Counted from the first letter of the whole stretch, positions 49,229 through 62,486 are shown. The stretch is DNA of 63,132 nucleotides, filler included, from Globobulimina sp. (GCA_003354225.1; 50 parts of 50 records of this genome joined end to end with filler, not necessarily neighbours in it); one strand, 5' to 3'. Numbers and translations are program-made. The notes: a model not told the origin generated them from the sequence alone.

Positions 49229-49328
49229 NNNNNNNNNNNNNNNNNNNNNNNNNNNNNNNNNNNNNNNNNNNNTTAATTAATTAANNNNNNNNNNNNNNNN
49301 NNNNNNNNNNNNNNNNNNNNNNNNNNNN

Positions 49329-49687
49329 GACAAGGATTGAGTTGAATTATTGTATATTATCGCTGCCGATGTTTGTAATTGAAATGTAAATGCACATATT
49401 ACAGCACATACACTTAATAATATAATAGATGACAACCATCCTATTTCTTTCACAGCATATGCTAATCCTAAAATGCCTGACCCCACTAATGAATTACATA
49501 AATTTATAACTGACGATAATATAGTTGCCTTTTGCGGACATTGTTTCAATGTGTAATTGGACGGTTTTGTTGTATCAAATGTTGAACAATAATTTTCTAT
49601 ATCTTCTAAATCACTGAATAATGAATCGTTGGTAATTTCACTTGATGTTGATTTGGCTCTCTCTTGTAGTGAAATACTTAAATCCAT
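49329..49687 (-). CDS. Amino acid transporter (AAAP/SLC38 family), N-terminus
   Basis: ATILSSVINLCNSLVGSGILGLAYAVKEIGW. Confidence 0.88.
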
Positions 49688-50142
49688 GTTCGTAAAATAC
49701 TTATTGGGCCCCCTTTGCTGTCACAGTAAACGTGGCCACTACAGTCACAACTATTGAGCTAATTTTCATTGTGGTGATCGGACTGCAACTATTTAGGAAA
49801 CCTAGGCTCCAATAGTTGTGTCTGCAGTGTATACTGATATGGTGATAACATAATACAATCCGTTTTTTCACACATATCACAAACAATTATATAAACACAA
49901 ACAGGAACTAGCACAGATTATCGGTTTATATGATGTTGTAATTGATCTGAAAGTTTATGGTAAACGTCACAATTGAATTTTACGTCATGTTTGGGTTGTG
50001 ATGTTCAGAAGTTGGTGAAAATATCGTATAATTGATTTCATGTGTGTTCAGGAGTTCTGTCTGGCCAGGCAGACTCATATATAATCGTTGACCAAAGATG
50101 TTTTTGGTACTAAAACTCGTCGACTTTAAGATCATTTTTCGA

Positions 50143-50492
50143 ATGGCGAGTACAACATTTGTAATTCTATTTTATTTATTATATTCAGTGAATTGTACCA
50201 GTTGTTCAAATTATAAAGAATGCACAGGACAAGTCATTGATAACAATGCACATTGTGACGGTCTAAGTGCTTGTTCAGAGGCAATTATTGACACAAGAGA
50301 GTCGATTGATTGTAACGGCCAAATAGCATGCTATAAATCACAGCGTCTATCATCAGAAAAGAGAATATTATGCCAAGGATACAAAAGTTGTCGTTATTCA
50401 CAATCAATAATTGCAAAAGGTAATATTGAATGTAATGGCTGGACATCATGCGACCATGGAAAAGAAGCAAATTATGAATTTATATCTGATTC
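50143..50492 (+). CDS. Secreted Cys-rich repeat protein, truncated
   Basis: Signal peptide followed by repeated I-x-C-x-G-x-x-(S/A)-C units. Confidence 0.7.
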
Positions 50493-51929
50493 NNNNNNNN
50501 NNNNNNNNNNNNNNNNNNNNNNNNNNNNNNNNNNNNTTAATTAATTAANNNNNNNNNNNNNNNNNNNNNNNNNNNNNNNNNNNNNNNNNNNNAATTCCTA
50601 TCAGAACTCATCGGGGTGCTATCATCCACATTGTAGGGTGTCGTAAGTAGCTGATTCAATGATCTCTCATCATTCGAATTAAATGCACTCAAATAAATAA
50701 CATACAACATACCATATCAAATAAAAGCTGCAACGTACAAAACACTGTTTATTTTAAAAAGAAATTCCGATAAAAACATTTCAAAAAATCAGATAAAAAA
50801 ACAAAAAAATGGTAAAAAATGCGTTCAGTTTAAGTGCGGTGTATTCATTCATATTGTTTCAGATATCGGTATAAATTTATTCATCATTCAAAAAAACACA
50901 CAACAAAGACATACCACGTAATGGCGTATAAATATTATTCCAAACAACTCTCCGCCATTAAACAGTTAACAGTCCACCATATAGTTAATTATCGGTATCG
51001 TATTAAATTGCAAATACGTTTAAAAAAATATCACAAAAAAGTATCAAAAAAAGCGTAATATTATAAAATGGCATGTGATCTGATCAGAATGTGATAGTGT
51101 GGTATGGCATGGTAAAAATCCTCAACGTCGTTCGTAAGAACTCAGGTTTGGGAAAAATCATCAAATTAAAAAGAAAAGAAATATAAAAACAGAACATACG
51201 CGAAATGCAATCAACACATCTTTTCTCAAAGCGGTTGCAACCGTACTTTTGATACAATTTCTCATCGGCGATGGTCTCAATATCGGCTCATCGAATAACA
51301 TCTTAGCAAAAGCAAACAAAAACGTTACAATCCAGAATCCAGAAATATATCAAATAAACAGAATATAAAACTGTGCAATGATCAGTCGCAGTGCTACGAT
51401 TATTAATCAATGTATTAAACTCATTATATCAGTCAGTTTTTTGTCATCTTTGAATATACAAAATACATTATATACATATTGACATACCCAGTAAACAGCC
51501 CATAATATAATTAATTATCTGTATAGTGATTGAAAATGCGTTCGGTATCCATATTAAATATAATAATCAATCAAAATTACAACAGATATGTATATAACGT
51601 CAGTCTGCTTAATACATTTTATTTTATAGACAATTTCAACAGATATTATTTTGCTGTAATTCCGTTTGATCATCACAATAAATACAAAATCATAAAAATA
51701 ACACAAACTTTAAATATCTATGTATTCAACACACAAAATTACATTAATTAATAGCTNNNNNNNNNNNNNNNNNNNNNNNNNNNNNNNNNNNNNNNNNNNN
51801 TTAATTAATTAANNNNNNNNNNNNNNNNNNNNNNNNNNNNNNNNNNNNNNNNNNNNGACATAGACGCTGCCATTGCTGTGATCTAGTCATCTTTAAGTAT
51901 CTAGTAACTCAAATCTTTTATAGAATGCC

Positions 51930-52940
51930 ATGTCAGACCCGGAGCGTTTCGTAATAGAAAAAATTGATGACGAGTATTATTGTCCAGAACAGAAAGAATT
52001 TCTTTACAAAACCCATTGGAAAGGATACACCGAAGTTACGTGGCAATCAGAAGAATCAGTAAAGTCAACAATTGGCTATGAATCATTTATTTCCAGCACT
52101 GCGATTAAAATAAAAAATTGGAAAAAAGGTAATTCGATATTATACAATATTGATTTAGCAGAACATCCAGACGATGAAAACATATGTGCAAAATCTACAT
52201 TTGAATGGATTTCTGCAATAATTACACGTCGTGGTCGGAAAAAAAGAACCCTTGACATTAAGTACAATTTCAAAAATAGTAAATACACTCTCAAAAACAT
52301 TGCCTTTGGAGACTCCAGAATTAAACAATCATATGACTCCGTATGTTATTTTGATTGATTGCAATAAATACAAACCACACAAACCACAAACCAGCAACAC
52401 AAAAATAATAAGCCGAGTCATCGTCAAATCTGCAGAGACCACAAAGCTACATCGTCAAATCAGCATAAAAACGACCAGAATTCACAAAAAGATCCCGATG
52501 AAAATAAAGTGGAACAATTAATTAATGATTTAAGTATTAATACAAATGAATCTAAATCTGATTCTGATGACATTCAAGTCTGTGTTGGTGATAATCATTG
52601 GATTGCGGCGTCTCCATTTTTGAGGAATAAAGATAAATTTAAAAAAGCTGTCACTGAGCAAAAACAAATTGAATGTAATAAGTTAATGGGAGATATGGAT
52701 GATAATGATGAGGAAATTGAAGATGATATTTTAATATTAAATAAAAACAAGAATGACAAAGATAACAATATTTGTCCATTGACCTTGAAACGAATTATAA
52801 TTCCGATGAAAAATAAATACTGTTCACATTCCTTTGAAAAGAATGCAATTGTTGGGCATCAACAGTATTTGGCGACACATTGCAAACCTCTCATATGTCC
52901 ACAAGGTGGGTGTTCTGCTATTTTATTCGTTGACAAATAG
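51930..52940 (+). CDS. Chromodomain + SP-RING (Nse2/Mms21-type) protein; intron 52341-52394
   Basis: FVIEKIDD..FLYKTHWKGYTEVTWQSEE (chromo) and ICPLT..IPMKNKYCSHSFEKNAI..ICPQGGC (SP-RING). A 54-nt phase-0 GTATGT...CCAG intron joins them in frame. Confidence 0.72.
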
Positions 52941-53120
52941 TATTGTTTTTAGTATGTTTGTATTTTTGCTTATTGTTTCTAATTTTTTATTTTCAAAGTA
53001 TGCATACCATACAATACATCNNNNNNNNNNNNNNNNNNNNNNNNNNNNNNNNNNNNNNNNNNNNTTAATTAATTAANNNNNNNNNNNNNNNNNNNNNNNN
53101 NNNNNNNNNNNNNNNNNNNN

Positions 53121-54284
53121 TGCATTGTTGCAACAGTACCGGTGGTTGATCTATACAGTACTACGTCACTAGTTACGACTGAGCTAAACTTAGTGTTTAG
53201 GCTACAGTCATTATTTATACACACGTTGCAAAGTGTTTTGAAGTTATTTTATTACACTGAGCCACAGATTATCATTTGGTATTTTATCATTTGGTATTTT
53301 ATTAGATGGTAAACTGTGGTCAAGTATATGTTGGTCAGTTATAATTTTCTCTCATTTTCACAAAACACGCGCACCTACCCACACACAAGTGTATTACTTT
53401 TTCAATTATTATTACTTTTGTTTTGGTCACTAAATTTGTTTTAGTAACTAAACCAAAACGCGTGCATCATTGCAAACGATCCTAACGATATTCAACATTT
53501 TAATTTCGGTGGTAACTACCTTGCAGACGCAAACGCTATTGCAGCAAGAAGACATAATCGTGCACGCTCACGCTCGCCTAGAGGCTCGTCACCTTCAAGT
53601 TCATCTGATAGCGACGTTGATTTTAACCCACATTTGCAACAGAATATAGACATACACAACGCAGATATGGCAGAAGTTGCACAACTACAAGAAAATTTGC
53701 AGCATGCATTGGATCGCCTACAGCTATTAGAGGGACAAAACCAAGCACTACAGCAGAATGTTGATAATGCAACCCGTGTACAACCAGTAAACACAATAGT
53801 AAGCACAGCTGGAGTAGCAATAGGTTATTTTGAAGGTCGCAACAATGAATCATTTAGCGCATATTTGGACAAATTTAATACTTTTACTGCTGCACTTGGA
53901 GCTGATGATGTCATGCGTCATCAGGTTTTACCTCATCTTCTCAAACCCGGTTCCAGAGCCTTTGACATTTATCGTGAACTACCAGAAGACGTACGCGCCG
54001 ACTATGAACAACTCATCATTCAGCTTAGACAGCGGTTGGAACCTCCAGGGTACACAAACAGATGTATGACCGATCTACTTGGAATGCACCAAGGCCCTAC
54101 AGAAAGTGTAGCTGAATTCGTGACTCGACTCAAAGCACGCGCCAGAGCTGCTACAGTTGGAGTAGCCCCAAACATGCGAGAAGCTTTACTGCTTGGACTG
54201 TTTAGAAGTGGTCTTCGTCAAAATTTGAAACTTCATTATGATATCAGTGGCCACATCAATAATTTGCATGATGCAGAGATGACA
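53121..54284 (+). mobile_element. Ty3/gypsy-like LTR retrotransposon 5' region and gag (ATG 53667), partial
   Basis: FEGRNNESFSAYLDKF, DYEQLIIQLRQRL, MHQGPTESVAEFVTRL, FRSGLRQNL are the retrotransposon gag signature. LTR boundaries cannot be defined. Confidence 0.8.
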
Positions 54285-54482
54285 NNNNNNNNNNNNNNNN
54301 NNNNNNNNNNNNNNNNNNNNNNNNNNNNTTAATTAATTAANNNNNNNNNNNNNNNNNNNNNNNNNNNNNNNNNNNNNNNNNNNNTGCTGTAACACTTGAA
54401 ATATCAGAAATTGAATTTTGACTGACACGTACTTTCCCTGACATGATTTGACTTAAAAAAAGTAAAAACAACTGCTTTAAAC

Positions 54483-55548
54483 ATGGCTGCCTTAAACATG
54501 GCGCAAATAATGGAGGACAACAAATCACGTGTCCCACCACAACTGCATTCAATGATATCAGGGGGCTATTCAGAAGAGCGAAAAAGACCAGCCCACTCAG
54601 ATTGGAAAAAGATGCAAAATATTCGAGTAATTGCTCGATTTCGCCCAGCAAATACAGTCGAAAAGGACGAATCACGCAAACATGGAATACGTAATGTCCC
54701 TCCAGACATTAACAGCAACGTAATCACATTGACAAATATTCCAAAAGACAGCAATGCCGGTTTTTTTAACAAAATTCGTAGAAAAGAGAAACGAATGCAA
54801 TATAAGTCCGTATTAGATGACGTTTTCAATGTTGGTACTACCCAAAAAGAAGTGTTTAAAATCACTGGCAAACCATTGATAAACGCGGCTTTAAACGGTT
54901 TCAACGCAACTTTATTTGCATATGGTCAGACTGGCTCTGGCAAAACATGTTTAGAAATATAATGATATATACAATTTGAACCAATATATGCAATTTGACC
55001 CAACCTACTGTAAAATACTCAGATTCCATGTTTGGCGCAAACGATGATGGCAGCGGCACTGATTTGGACGCAATGGGGATGATCCCGCGTGCCTTTGTAT
55101 ATTTGTTCGACAGCTTAGAGGGGCGTTGCAGTGACCAAACTATACAAAACTTCAATGTTTCTATCCAGACATTGCAAATCTACAACAAACGTTTATTGGA
55201 CCTATTGAACCCAAACAGTACAACCAAATTACAAATAAAAACTGACTTCACCAACGATTCCATCTTCGTGAAGCACCTTCGTACCATCCAAATAACCTCA
55301 GCTCGAGAAGCATTGGCTGTGCTCATCGAAAGCAGCAAGAACAGAATCGTTGCTTCGCATAAATTGAATCAAACTTCATCTCGATCTCACATGTTGGTCT
55401 TACTCAAAATCAGACAGATTCGAATCGATGGCTCATCCACGCGGTCAAATATAAACTTCGGCGACTTGGCCGGCAGTGAGAATATCAGCAAAGCGCATGG
55501 AAAGGGTAGAATTAAAGGGCAGACTGACGAGGAAAAGGCGACCAGTGA
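54483..55548 (+). CDS. Kinesin motor domain protein; intron 54949-55022; truncated
   Basis: NIRVIARFRP, FAYGQTGSGKT|YSMFG, QIYN, SSRSH, DLAGSE. Confidence 0.92.
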
Positions 55549-55648
55549 NNNNNNNNNNNNNNNNNNNNNNNNNNNNNNNNNNNNNNNNNNNNTTAATTAA
55601 TTAANNNNNNNNNNNNNNNNNNNNNNNNNNNNNNNNNNNNNNNNNNNN

Positions 55649-56812
55649 GGCAAATGCAGCTACGATGGACTTTCAATTGGAATTGGATATGATTGGCTTA
55701 TCAGAGGTCGATCCGAATATTAATGACTGTTATATTGACATTCCGATGGATTTTGTCATAGATTGCATTGGCGGATCAGATATATTATCATGTTCCAGTA
55801 AAGTGTACAATGACAGCAATCACATATGTAATCCATTTCGATTAATAACCGAACAAAAGGGGTATTACGACGCCAATGGATATTGTAGTGGCGAATATGG
55901 ACTGCAGTTATTTACAAATCCAGACTCAACAGACGTATCATGGATGAATCAATGGATGGGAGCTACCGGAATAACAGAAGCATGGATTGGCATTGAAAGG
56001 GTATTGAAATCCAGTGCTGATTGGCAATGGCTTGAAACCTATGCAAATAGCACGCCATACACAAGCAGTGTGGTGCCTGTATGTGGCAGTAATGATGATG
56101 GCTTACGGAATCCACAATTTTACGTTGAAATTACAGAAAATGCAACATTTATAGATTGGTATTCAGCGGAGGCAGAATGTCTGGTGGACTATGGCACTCA
56201 TTTAGCGTCCATGCATTCCGCAGCTGATGCAGCCAATATCGAAGCTCTGTACGTAGGCAGTGGTTGTAGTACAAGTAAAGCCTGGATAGGAATGAATGAT
56301 AGAGAGAGGGAAGGGATTTTTGTATGGAGTGATGGCACAAACGTTGATTATACAAAGTGGATACCAGGTCTGTAGGTGTTGGAAAAGCGTTTTACACGCA
56401 ACTTTTGAAACATTTGCTGCTTATTCAGGCAAACCCGATGACCGCAACACTGGACTGAATGATTGCAGTGAGTATTTATTTAGTAATCAAACCACTGGAA
56501 TAAGCGATGTGCGCTGCGATTATGCAAAATCGTGTTATGTATGCAACGGTATGTTATATTATATCCTTTTTGAGTTTTTTATTGGATGTAGTCAACATAT
56601 TGAACATATAGGAAAATATCAAAAATCATGCCGATATTATGACAGCAGCGGGTGTGTTTCGTCGGCGATATGTGATGAAAGAAGAGCTTTTTTCTGTGGA
56701 AATGATTGGGAGCATGCGATTAATTTAGGCAATGCACAATGGATTGATTTGCCGGGTTGTATTCAGAATAAGTTAACCGGATTTGCCACGATTGTGAACT
56801 TTTCTGTCTCTC
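55649..56812 (+). CDS. Multi C-type lectin domain protein, multi-exon, partial
   Basis: WYSAEAEC..HLASMHS..AWIGMNDREREGIFVWSDGT..YTKW.PG, plus a second WIG domain upstream. Confidence 0.85.
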
Positions 56813-56912
56813 NNNNNNNNNNNNNNNNNNNNNNNNNNNNNNNNNNNNNNNNNNNNTTAATTAATTAANNNNNNNNNNNNNNNNNNNNNNNNNNNNNNNN
56901 NNNNNNNNNNNN

Positions 56913-57916
56913 AAATTGCAAGTTTTGAGTGGTGCATATAATTGCAACTCGCATGCCTTTTCTTTTAAAAGTTGTTTCATAATACATGCTAATTCAAACG
57001 TTACCACTGGGTCTGACGCTGCATATTTGTACCACTTATCTGGATGCAGTTTCTATGTAGTTTTAATGTATAGATTATACAAATGTATTTTTTTTCCGAT
57101 GAAAGGCAGAAACAAAAACACCATTTCACTTTGTATTTGTTGCGGTAATAGCTTTTCGCCAAGTATGTGCTGGGCATATTCTTTCAAAGTGTGTTCTTTG
57201 TATGTTCCGCGAGGATTATATTTGATGGACAATGCTTTTAAACTGTTTTCTGGCGAACCAGCATCTAATAAGCGAGCCAGATGCATACAATCCGCAGCAA
57301 ATCCACCTAATTTGCATACGTGGCCAGGCTGAAGCTCACGCAATGCATTGTTTATAACATGTGCATCCACGCTGTAGTTATGGAACACTTTGGAGTATTT
57401 TTGGTCAGTAAGGAATGGTTTAATTGATGCTAATAAGTCATGCTTTGTTTCCTGTGTTTCAGTGTCGTACAACTGAAATATTACTGGTTTGTCCATTATG
57501 TTGTGTGAGTTTGCTTGATTGTCATTGGACCAATTTCCATAAATTTGCAACATTCTGATTTGTGTGTTGTTGTACGGTGATCGAAGTGCTGTAAAAAACA
57601 GACAAACAAAAAAAAAGGGACTTGAGATAGAAATGAAAAACATACGTTTGTGTTGCGTGAATTCTGTATCAACGCCGAACCAAATAGAATCATTGACGTT
57701 GTGTAATTGTGAGCAATGCTGGTTGTTGTTGTCTGATTGGTTTGTGTCCAGTTTGTTTTGTATGGATTCCATCCATTTGCGACCATCTTCAGCTGTTTCA
57801 ATTAGATCATATTCAATGGCATGCGCCTTAGTGGTGTAATGATGGGTTGCCTGATTTAATGATACAATTGACCTTAGACATAATTTATGATTGTATTTCA
57901 TGATAATGGAGAGCAT
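56913..57916 (-). CDS. POP-type organellar DNA polymerase, N-terminal 3'-5' exonuclease domain; in-frame intron 57589-57645
   Basis: FGVDTE (ExoI), PFL..KVFHNYSVDAHVI (ExoII), GFAADCMHLARLLDA, SLKALS; transit-peptide-like N-terminus. Confidence 0.8.
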
Positions 57917-58176
57917 TGAAGACGGACGGTGTCTGTTGATGAAAAGCTTAAGGCGGAAATTTCACGTTTTTTCTGATTTAGTGACATTTTAGTGTTTATA
58001 AAAACGAAAAATGGAGTGACAACATAAAAATAGTTAAAGAAATTCATGCTAATATTAGATAACAACAACATTAAAANNNNNNNNNNNNNNNNNNNNNNNN
58101 NNNNNNNNNNNNNNNNNNNNTTAATTAATTAANNNNNNNNNNNNNNNNNNNNNNNNNNNNNNNNNNNNNNNNNNNN

Positions 58177-59241
58177 TTTGAGCATCAAGAAAAGCAGGTT
58201 GTAGTTTATTTGTGTATAAATAATTTGTCGGAAAAAACAAAAATTTCATCAATATTTGTAGATTGGACATTGGTCATTCACGAAATAAATTTTTCATATA
58301 TTGTTAGGGACCGACACCATTCCGACATGGTAAAATGTCGCGGGTTTACAATCTACGATCATGCACAAATTATGGAACCATTAAAAAAATTGTCTGAAGA
58401 TAAACAAAATCCATTCGAAAAATTATCATTTGGTGTAACTATCGCTACCAAAACAAGATTTAATGCTCAACAAATTGCTGACAGTCAAATCCCAATAAAA
58501 ATAAATAAACATAATAAATTTGTTTGGAATATTGAAAACAAAGATATTTTACAGGGAATATTGCTATCACAGCACCAACAAACCTATGTATCCAAGTTAT
58601 ATAATGACTTGTTTTATTTATCTCTGACACCAAATGGTTATCACGAGAACGCACATAATTCACTCGATATGTTTTTGCATTTAGTATATTTACCAAAAGA
58701 GATTAGCAAATTGAGAATGAAATGTATATTCAAAATATCTGAATTGCAGATACTTCATCAATTTGATGCAGAATGGACGAATTTGGACAAAGGATGGGGA
58801 TGGCCGTCACGCAAATATCCAATTGATATCTTACAATTATATGCCTCCTCATCAAAGCTTGATAAATTAACAATAATTTCGGAATGTGCTACAATGGATA
58901 TTTTTGATGAGGATGGAAATGCAATGGAAATGAATAAGAAGTGGAAATATTTTAGAATTTCTGCAAAAAATGCAAAGGTGAACTCTGAATCTCCGCTACA
59001 TCTTCAAAGACTACTTAATGATGATGACGGTAACAACAATAATTATTGTCTTGAATCAGGAAATATGAGCAATAGCTATCATTTTCAAAATATTAATAGA
59101 ATATTAGTTGATATGTCGCAAGATATGGATGTAGTGAGACAACAATTATTAATAACTATTGGCATATTTACAATGAATTTTGGGGTAACTATATTTATGT
59201 TTTCTGTGTTAATTTCTTTATTGTGTTGTGGTTGTTTTTAA
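58177..59241 (+). CDS. MATH-like domain protein with C-terminal TM, 5' truncated
   Basis: FVWNI..FYLSLTPNG..MFLHL..LP..GWGW; hydrophobic C-terminus. Confidence 0.5.
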   Translation, partial: FEHQEKQVVVYLCINNLSEKTKISSIFVDWTLVIHEINFSYIVRDRHHSDMVKCRGFTIYDHAQIMEPLKKLSEDKQNPFEKLSFGVTIATKTRFNAQQIADSQIPIKINKHNKFVWNIENKDILQGILLSQHQQTYVSKLYNDLFYLSLTPNGYHENAHNSLDMFLHLVYLPKEISKLRMKCIFKISELQILHQFDAEWTNLDKGWGWPSRKYPIDILQLYASSSKLDKLTIISECATMDIFDEDGNAMEMNKKWKYFRISAKNAKVNSESPLHLQRLLNDDDGNNNNYCLESGNMSNSYHFQNINRILVDMSQDMDVVRQQLLITIGIFTMNFGVTIFMFSVLISLLCCGCF

Positions 59242-59867
59242 GCCTGACTTACTAATAATTATTTAATAGATTTCATTTTTGTTTTTCTTTGGTTGAAAAG
59301 ATCAATTTTTCTCGTTTGCATCGTAAGATATTATGTAGTTNNNNNNNNNNNNNNNNNNNNNNNNNNNNNNNNNNNNNNNNNNNNTTAATTAATTAANNNN
59401 NNNNNNNNNNNNNNNNNNNNNNNNNNNNNNNNNNNNNNNNCCATAAACAGATTGATCATCAGCAGCTGTGTCTTTTATTTTCTTTTTATTTGCATTTATT
59501 TCAATTTTTCCTTCATTAAAATTACTAAAATGTTCAGTCATTGTTCAATTAACGTTTTCTAGCTTAATGTTTTCTAGCTCACTCAGACTGTCTACACTCT
59601 GTTTTGCATACAAGCTGTTAACTTTCCATTATTTTTGTATCATTGGGATCAAAATATATTGCTGCATCAGGCAACAATTAACAATAAGACACCAATCACC
59701 TTATCACCAATTTCCAAGCGATCAAATAAGCACAAAGTCAACAAACAACAATTTAAAGCATTCAGTAATCTCACTCACATTCCTGTTTATCTATATATTG
59801 TTTTACATTTTGTATCACAGCAAACCTATTTCTATACGAAATATAACATAGAAAAAGCTACCAAGTC

Positions 59868-60604
59868 ATGCGCCCAGTCATGATCACTGTTCTTTCGATA
59901 ACTGTATGGTTGTTGTTTTTGCCATGTCAGGTTATTTCAGTTGAAAAATGGGGACAATTTGAACTTGAAATGAACGGTCCATCAAATGGTAATCCATTTG
60001 TTGATATTCAACTATCTGCAGATTTTACCAATAATATTACAAAATTCCATGTTGCTGGTTTTTATGATGGCGAAGGAATCTATAAAATACGATTCATGCC
60101 AACCACCGTTGGAAGCTGGTCCTATATTACATGGAGTAATGTTGCTTCAATGAATAATACGAAAGGCTCATTTGCTGCGACAGCACCAACGGGAAATAAT
60201 AAAGGACCGGTTGTGGTGGATAGGTCAAGCAATAAATCCTTCATTTATTTAGAAACCAAAGAAGCATTCTTTCACTCTGGAACCACATCATATGCTTGGA
60301 TCCATCAACAAACTTACAACCAAACCCTCGAAACACTCAAATACGTGGCGGATAATGGCATATTTAATAAAGTTCGAATGATGGTCTTTCCAAAATGGTA
60401 TCGTTATACTTATGATGAACCTGTTTATTATCCGTACGTTGGCACTCCACCAAATAACTGGGGCAACTTTGATAAATTCAATATTGATTATTGGCATCAT
60501 TTAGATTATTGTTTACAATCAATGTTAGATATTGGTGGTATTATAGCTGATGTCATTTTATTCCATCCGTACGATGACGGACATTGGGGCTTTGATTGTA
60601 TGGG
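59868..60604 (+). CDS. Secreted DUF5060/apiosidase-like (DUF4038) glycoside hydrolase-like protein, truncated
   Basis: VEKWGQFEL..GPSNGNPF, GFYDGEGIYKIRFMP..G.W.Y, GTTSYAWIHQ, FNKVRMMVFPK, ADVILFHPYD..HWGFD. Confidence 0.82.
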
Positions 60605-60711
60605 NNNNNNNNNNNNNNNNNNNNNNNNNNNNNNNNNNNNNNNNNNNNTTAATTAATTAANNNNNNNNNNNNNNNNNNNNNNNNNNNNNNNNNNNNNNNN
60701 NNNNGTTGCTT

Positions 60712-61611
60712 TCATTTTAAATCAGTTTCCCCCAACCTCCACAATAAAGTTTTGAGCTGATATTTTTGCGCAAATGGCTTCATTGATTGTAGCAAAGACA
60801 TTGAATCATTATGTTCAAAATAATCACTATCCAATGTTTTAACATTATTTATCTCATTTTCATCCAATTTAACTTGATTATCAAACGGAATTATTTTGTT
60901 ATAAAAAAATTCCAAGAAATCTGCATTATCATCAAACAATTTGGCCTGTTTTGTTGATATTTGCCTTTTCCATTCATCATTGTTTAATAAATAAGAAACA
61001 TTTCCATATTTTAACAATTTCCTAGCTCGAACAGGACCAATTCCTTTTATCCCATTGATATCATCACTTTTTATTCCAATCAATGATAAATAATCAATCA
61101 CTAAATTATTTTCAGGCAATTCAAATAAATTATTCTTTGTAACTGCAAAGGAAAAATTTAATTCATTATCCTCGTCATTATCCTTTCGGATTACTTTCAT
61201 ATAATTAACGTTTCTTTGGTTGTTATGGGTTTTATCATTGAACGATAATAATTGTTCAAATTTCTTTGGTTGAGCCAGTACAAATATTTCATCATTATTC
61301 GTAGTGCATTGATTGATTATCGTCGACATTAAATCTCCAGATTCATTGTGTTGCAAAGGGCATTTAATATGATTTATTATCGGAATATGCTCAAGTAATT
61401 CATCTAAAATATTTAGATTTCTATCGTATATTTGATACTGTGATGATGATAAAAAAGCAGCTTGATATTGGTTGAATAACTGACGACGCCATAGATTATC
61501 AATTGGTGATGATGTTGTTGTGTATATTACAGATGGTTGGGTGCGTACAATTGATTCAATCAATACATTGTAAAATCTGTGTGTTGCATGCGATATTTCA
61601 TGAATTTTCAA
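60712..61611 (-). CDS. 5'-3' exonuclease-like protein with H3TH motif
   Basis: IDYLSLIGIKSDDINGIKGIGPVRARKLL.YG.V; WRRQLFNQYQA echoes the FRxxLYPxYKA motif. Confidence 0.72.
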   Translation of the reverse strand: MKIHEISHATHRFYNVLIESIVRTQPSVIYTTTSSPIDNLWRRQLFNQYQAAFLSSSQYQIYDRNLNILDELLEHIPIINHIKCPLQHNESGDLMSTIINQCTTNNDEIFVLAQPKKFEQLLSFNDKTHNNQRNVNYMKVIRKDNDEDNELNFSFAVTKNNLFELPENNLVIDYLSLIGIKSDDINGIKGIGPVRARKLLKYGNVSYLLNNDEWKRQISTKQAKLFDDNADFLEFFYNKIIPFDNQVKLDENEINNVKTLDSDYFEHNDSMSLLQSMKPFAQKYQLKTLLWRLGETDLK

Positions 61612-62007
61612 TTAATGATCTAAAATATGGAAATATGAAGTATTTTACCTATCAAATGGGTAAAATGGAGTTTTGTTTTGTGTGTAAAAGTATGAATATC
61701 GTTTGATTATACCATTGCAATCTGCAATTAATATTCTTCTTGTCGCAGGAGCAGACATTGTTAATGACTTTTTCAGACAATGTATGGGGCTGATGGGATG
61801 ACTACACTTGACTCACTTGACTCACTTGCTCACAGTATGTCAATTACTTCTTATGATGTCAATTTTTGNNNNNNNNNNNNNNNNNNNNNNNNNNNNNNNN
61901 NNNNNNNNNNNNTTAATTAATTAANNNNNNNNNNNNNNNNNNNNNNNNNNNNNNNNNNNNNNNNNNNNAATGATTTTTATGGCAAGGCAGCCCGTCTGGC
62001 TTGAAAA

Positions 62008-62486
62008 ATGCAGCCCGGACCAAAGGCTCTCCAAAGAAAAACTTCCCGCCCACCTGTGTTCACTCAACCATTTCACAATGGAAACACCTTTACTCTCTCA
62101 TTTGTCAAAGATGTCTGGGCTGCTGGTTCCAAGGCTAAGGAATGCAAACATTGCAAAGTACATAAAATTATTATACATACTAAATACAAAACAGTACATA
62201 TAAATTGTTTTAGACTTATTTCATTTTGGATCACCTTGTACCCCCAGAAGATATGTGTTTGGTTCACAAAGAACGGATGACTGTACCAGAAGCGCATGGA
62301 GGATTCCACTACACTTCAAAAGAAAATCCAGCTTTACTGCACTGTCGTTACAGCTGCATTATGCAGCGATATCCATATTTCCGATCAAGCTGGGTTGAAA
62401 CCTCTCCTATTGTTAAACAAAGATTGAACCAAATTCATAAAAATCATATCAAGGAACAATTAGGCAATGTTTTCATGTGTACATAG
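62008..62486 (+). CDS. Zinc-finger-like hypothetical protein; intron 62158-62213
   Basis: CKHC|...PPEDMCLVHKER...LHCRYSCIMQRYPYF; a 56-nt phase-0 GT-AG intron joins two tracked ORFs. Confidence 0.45.
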
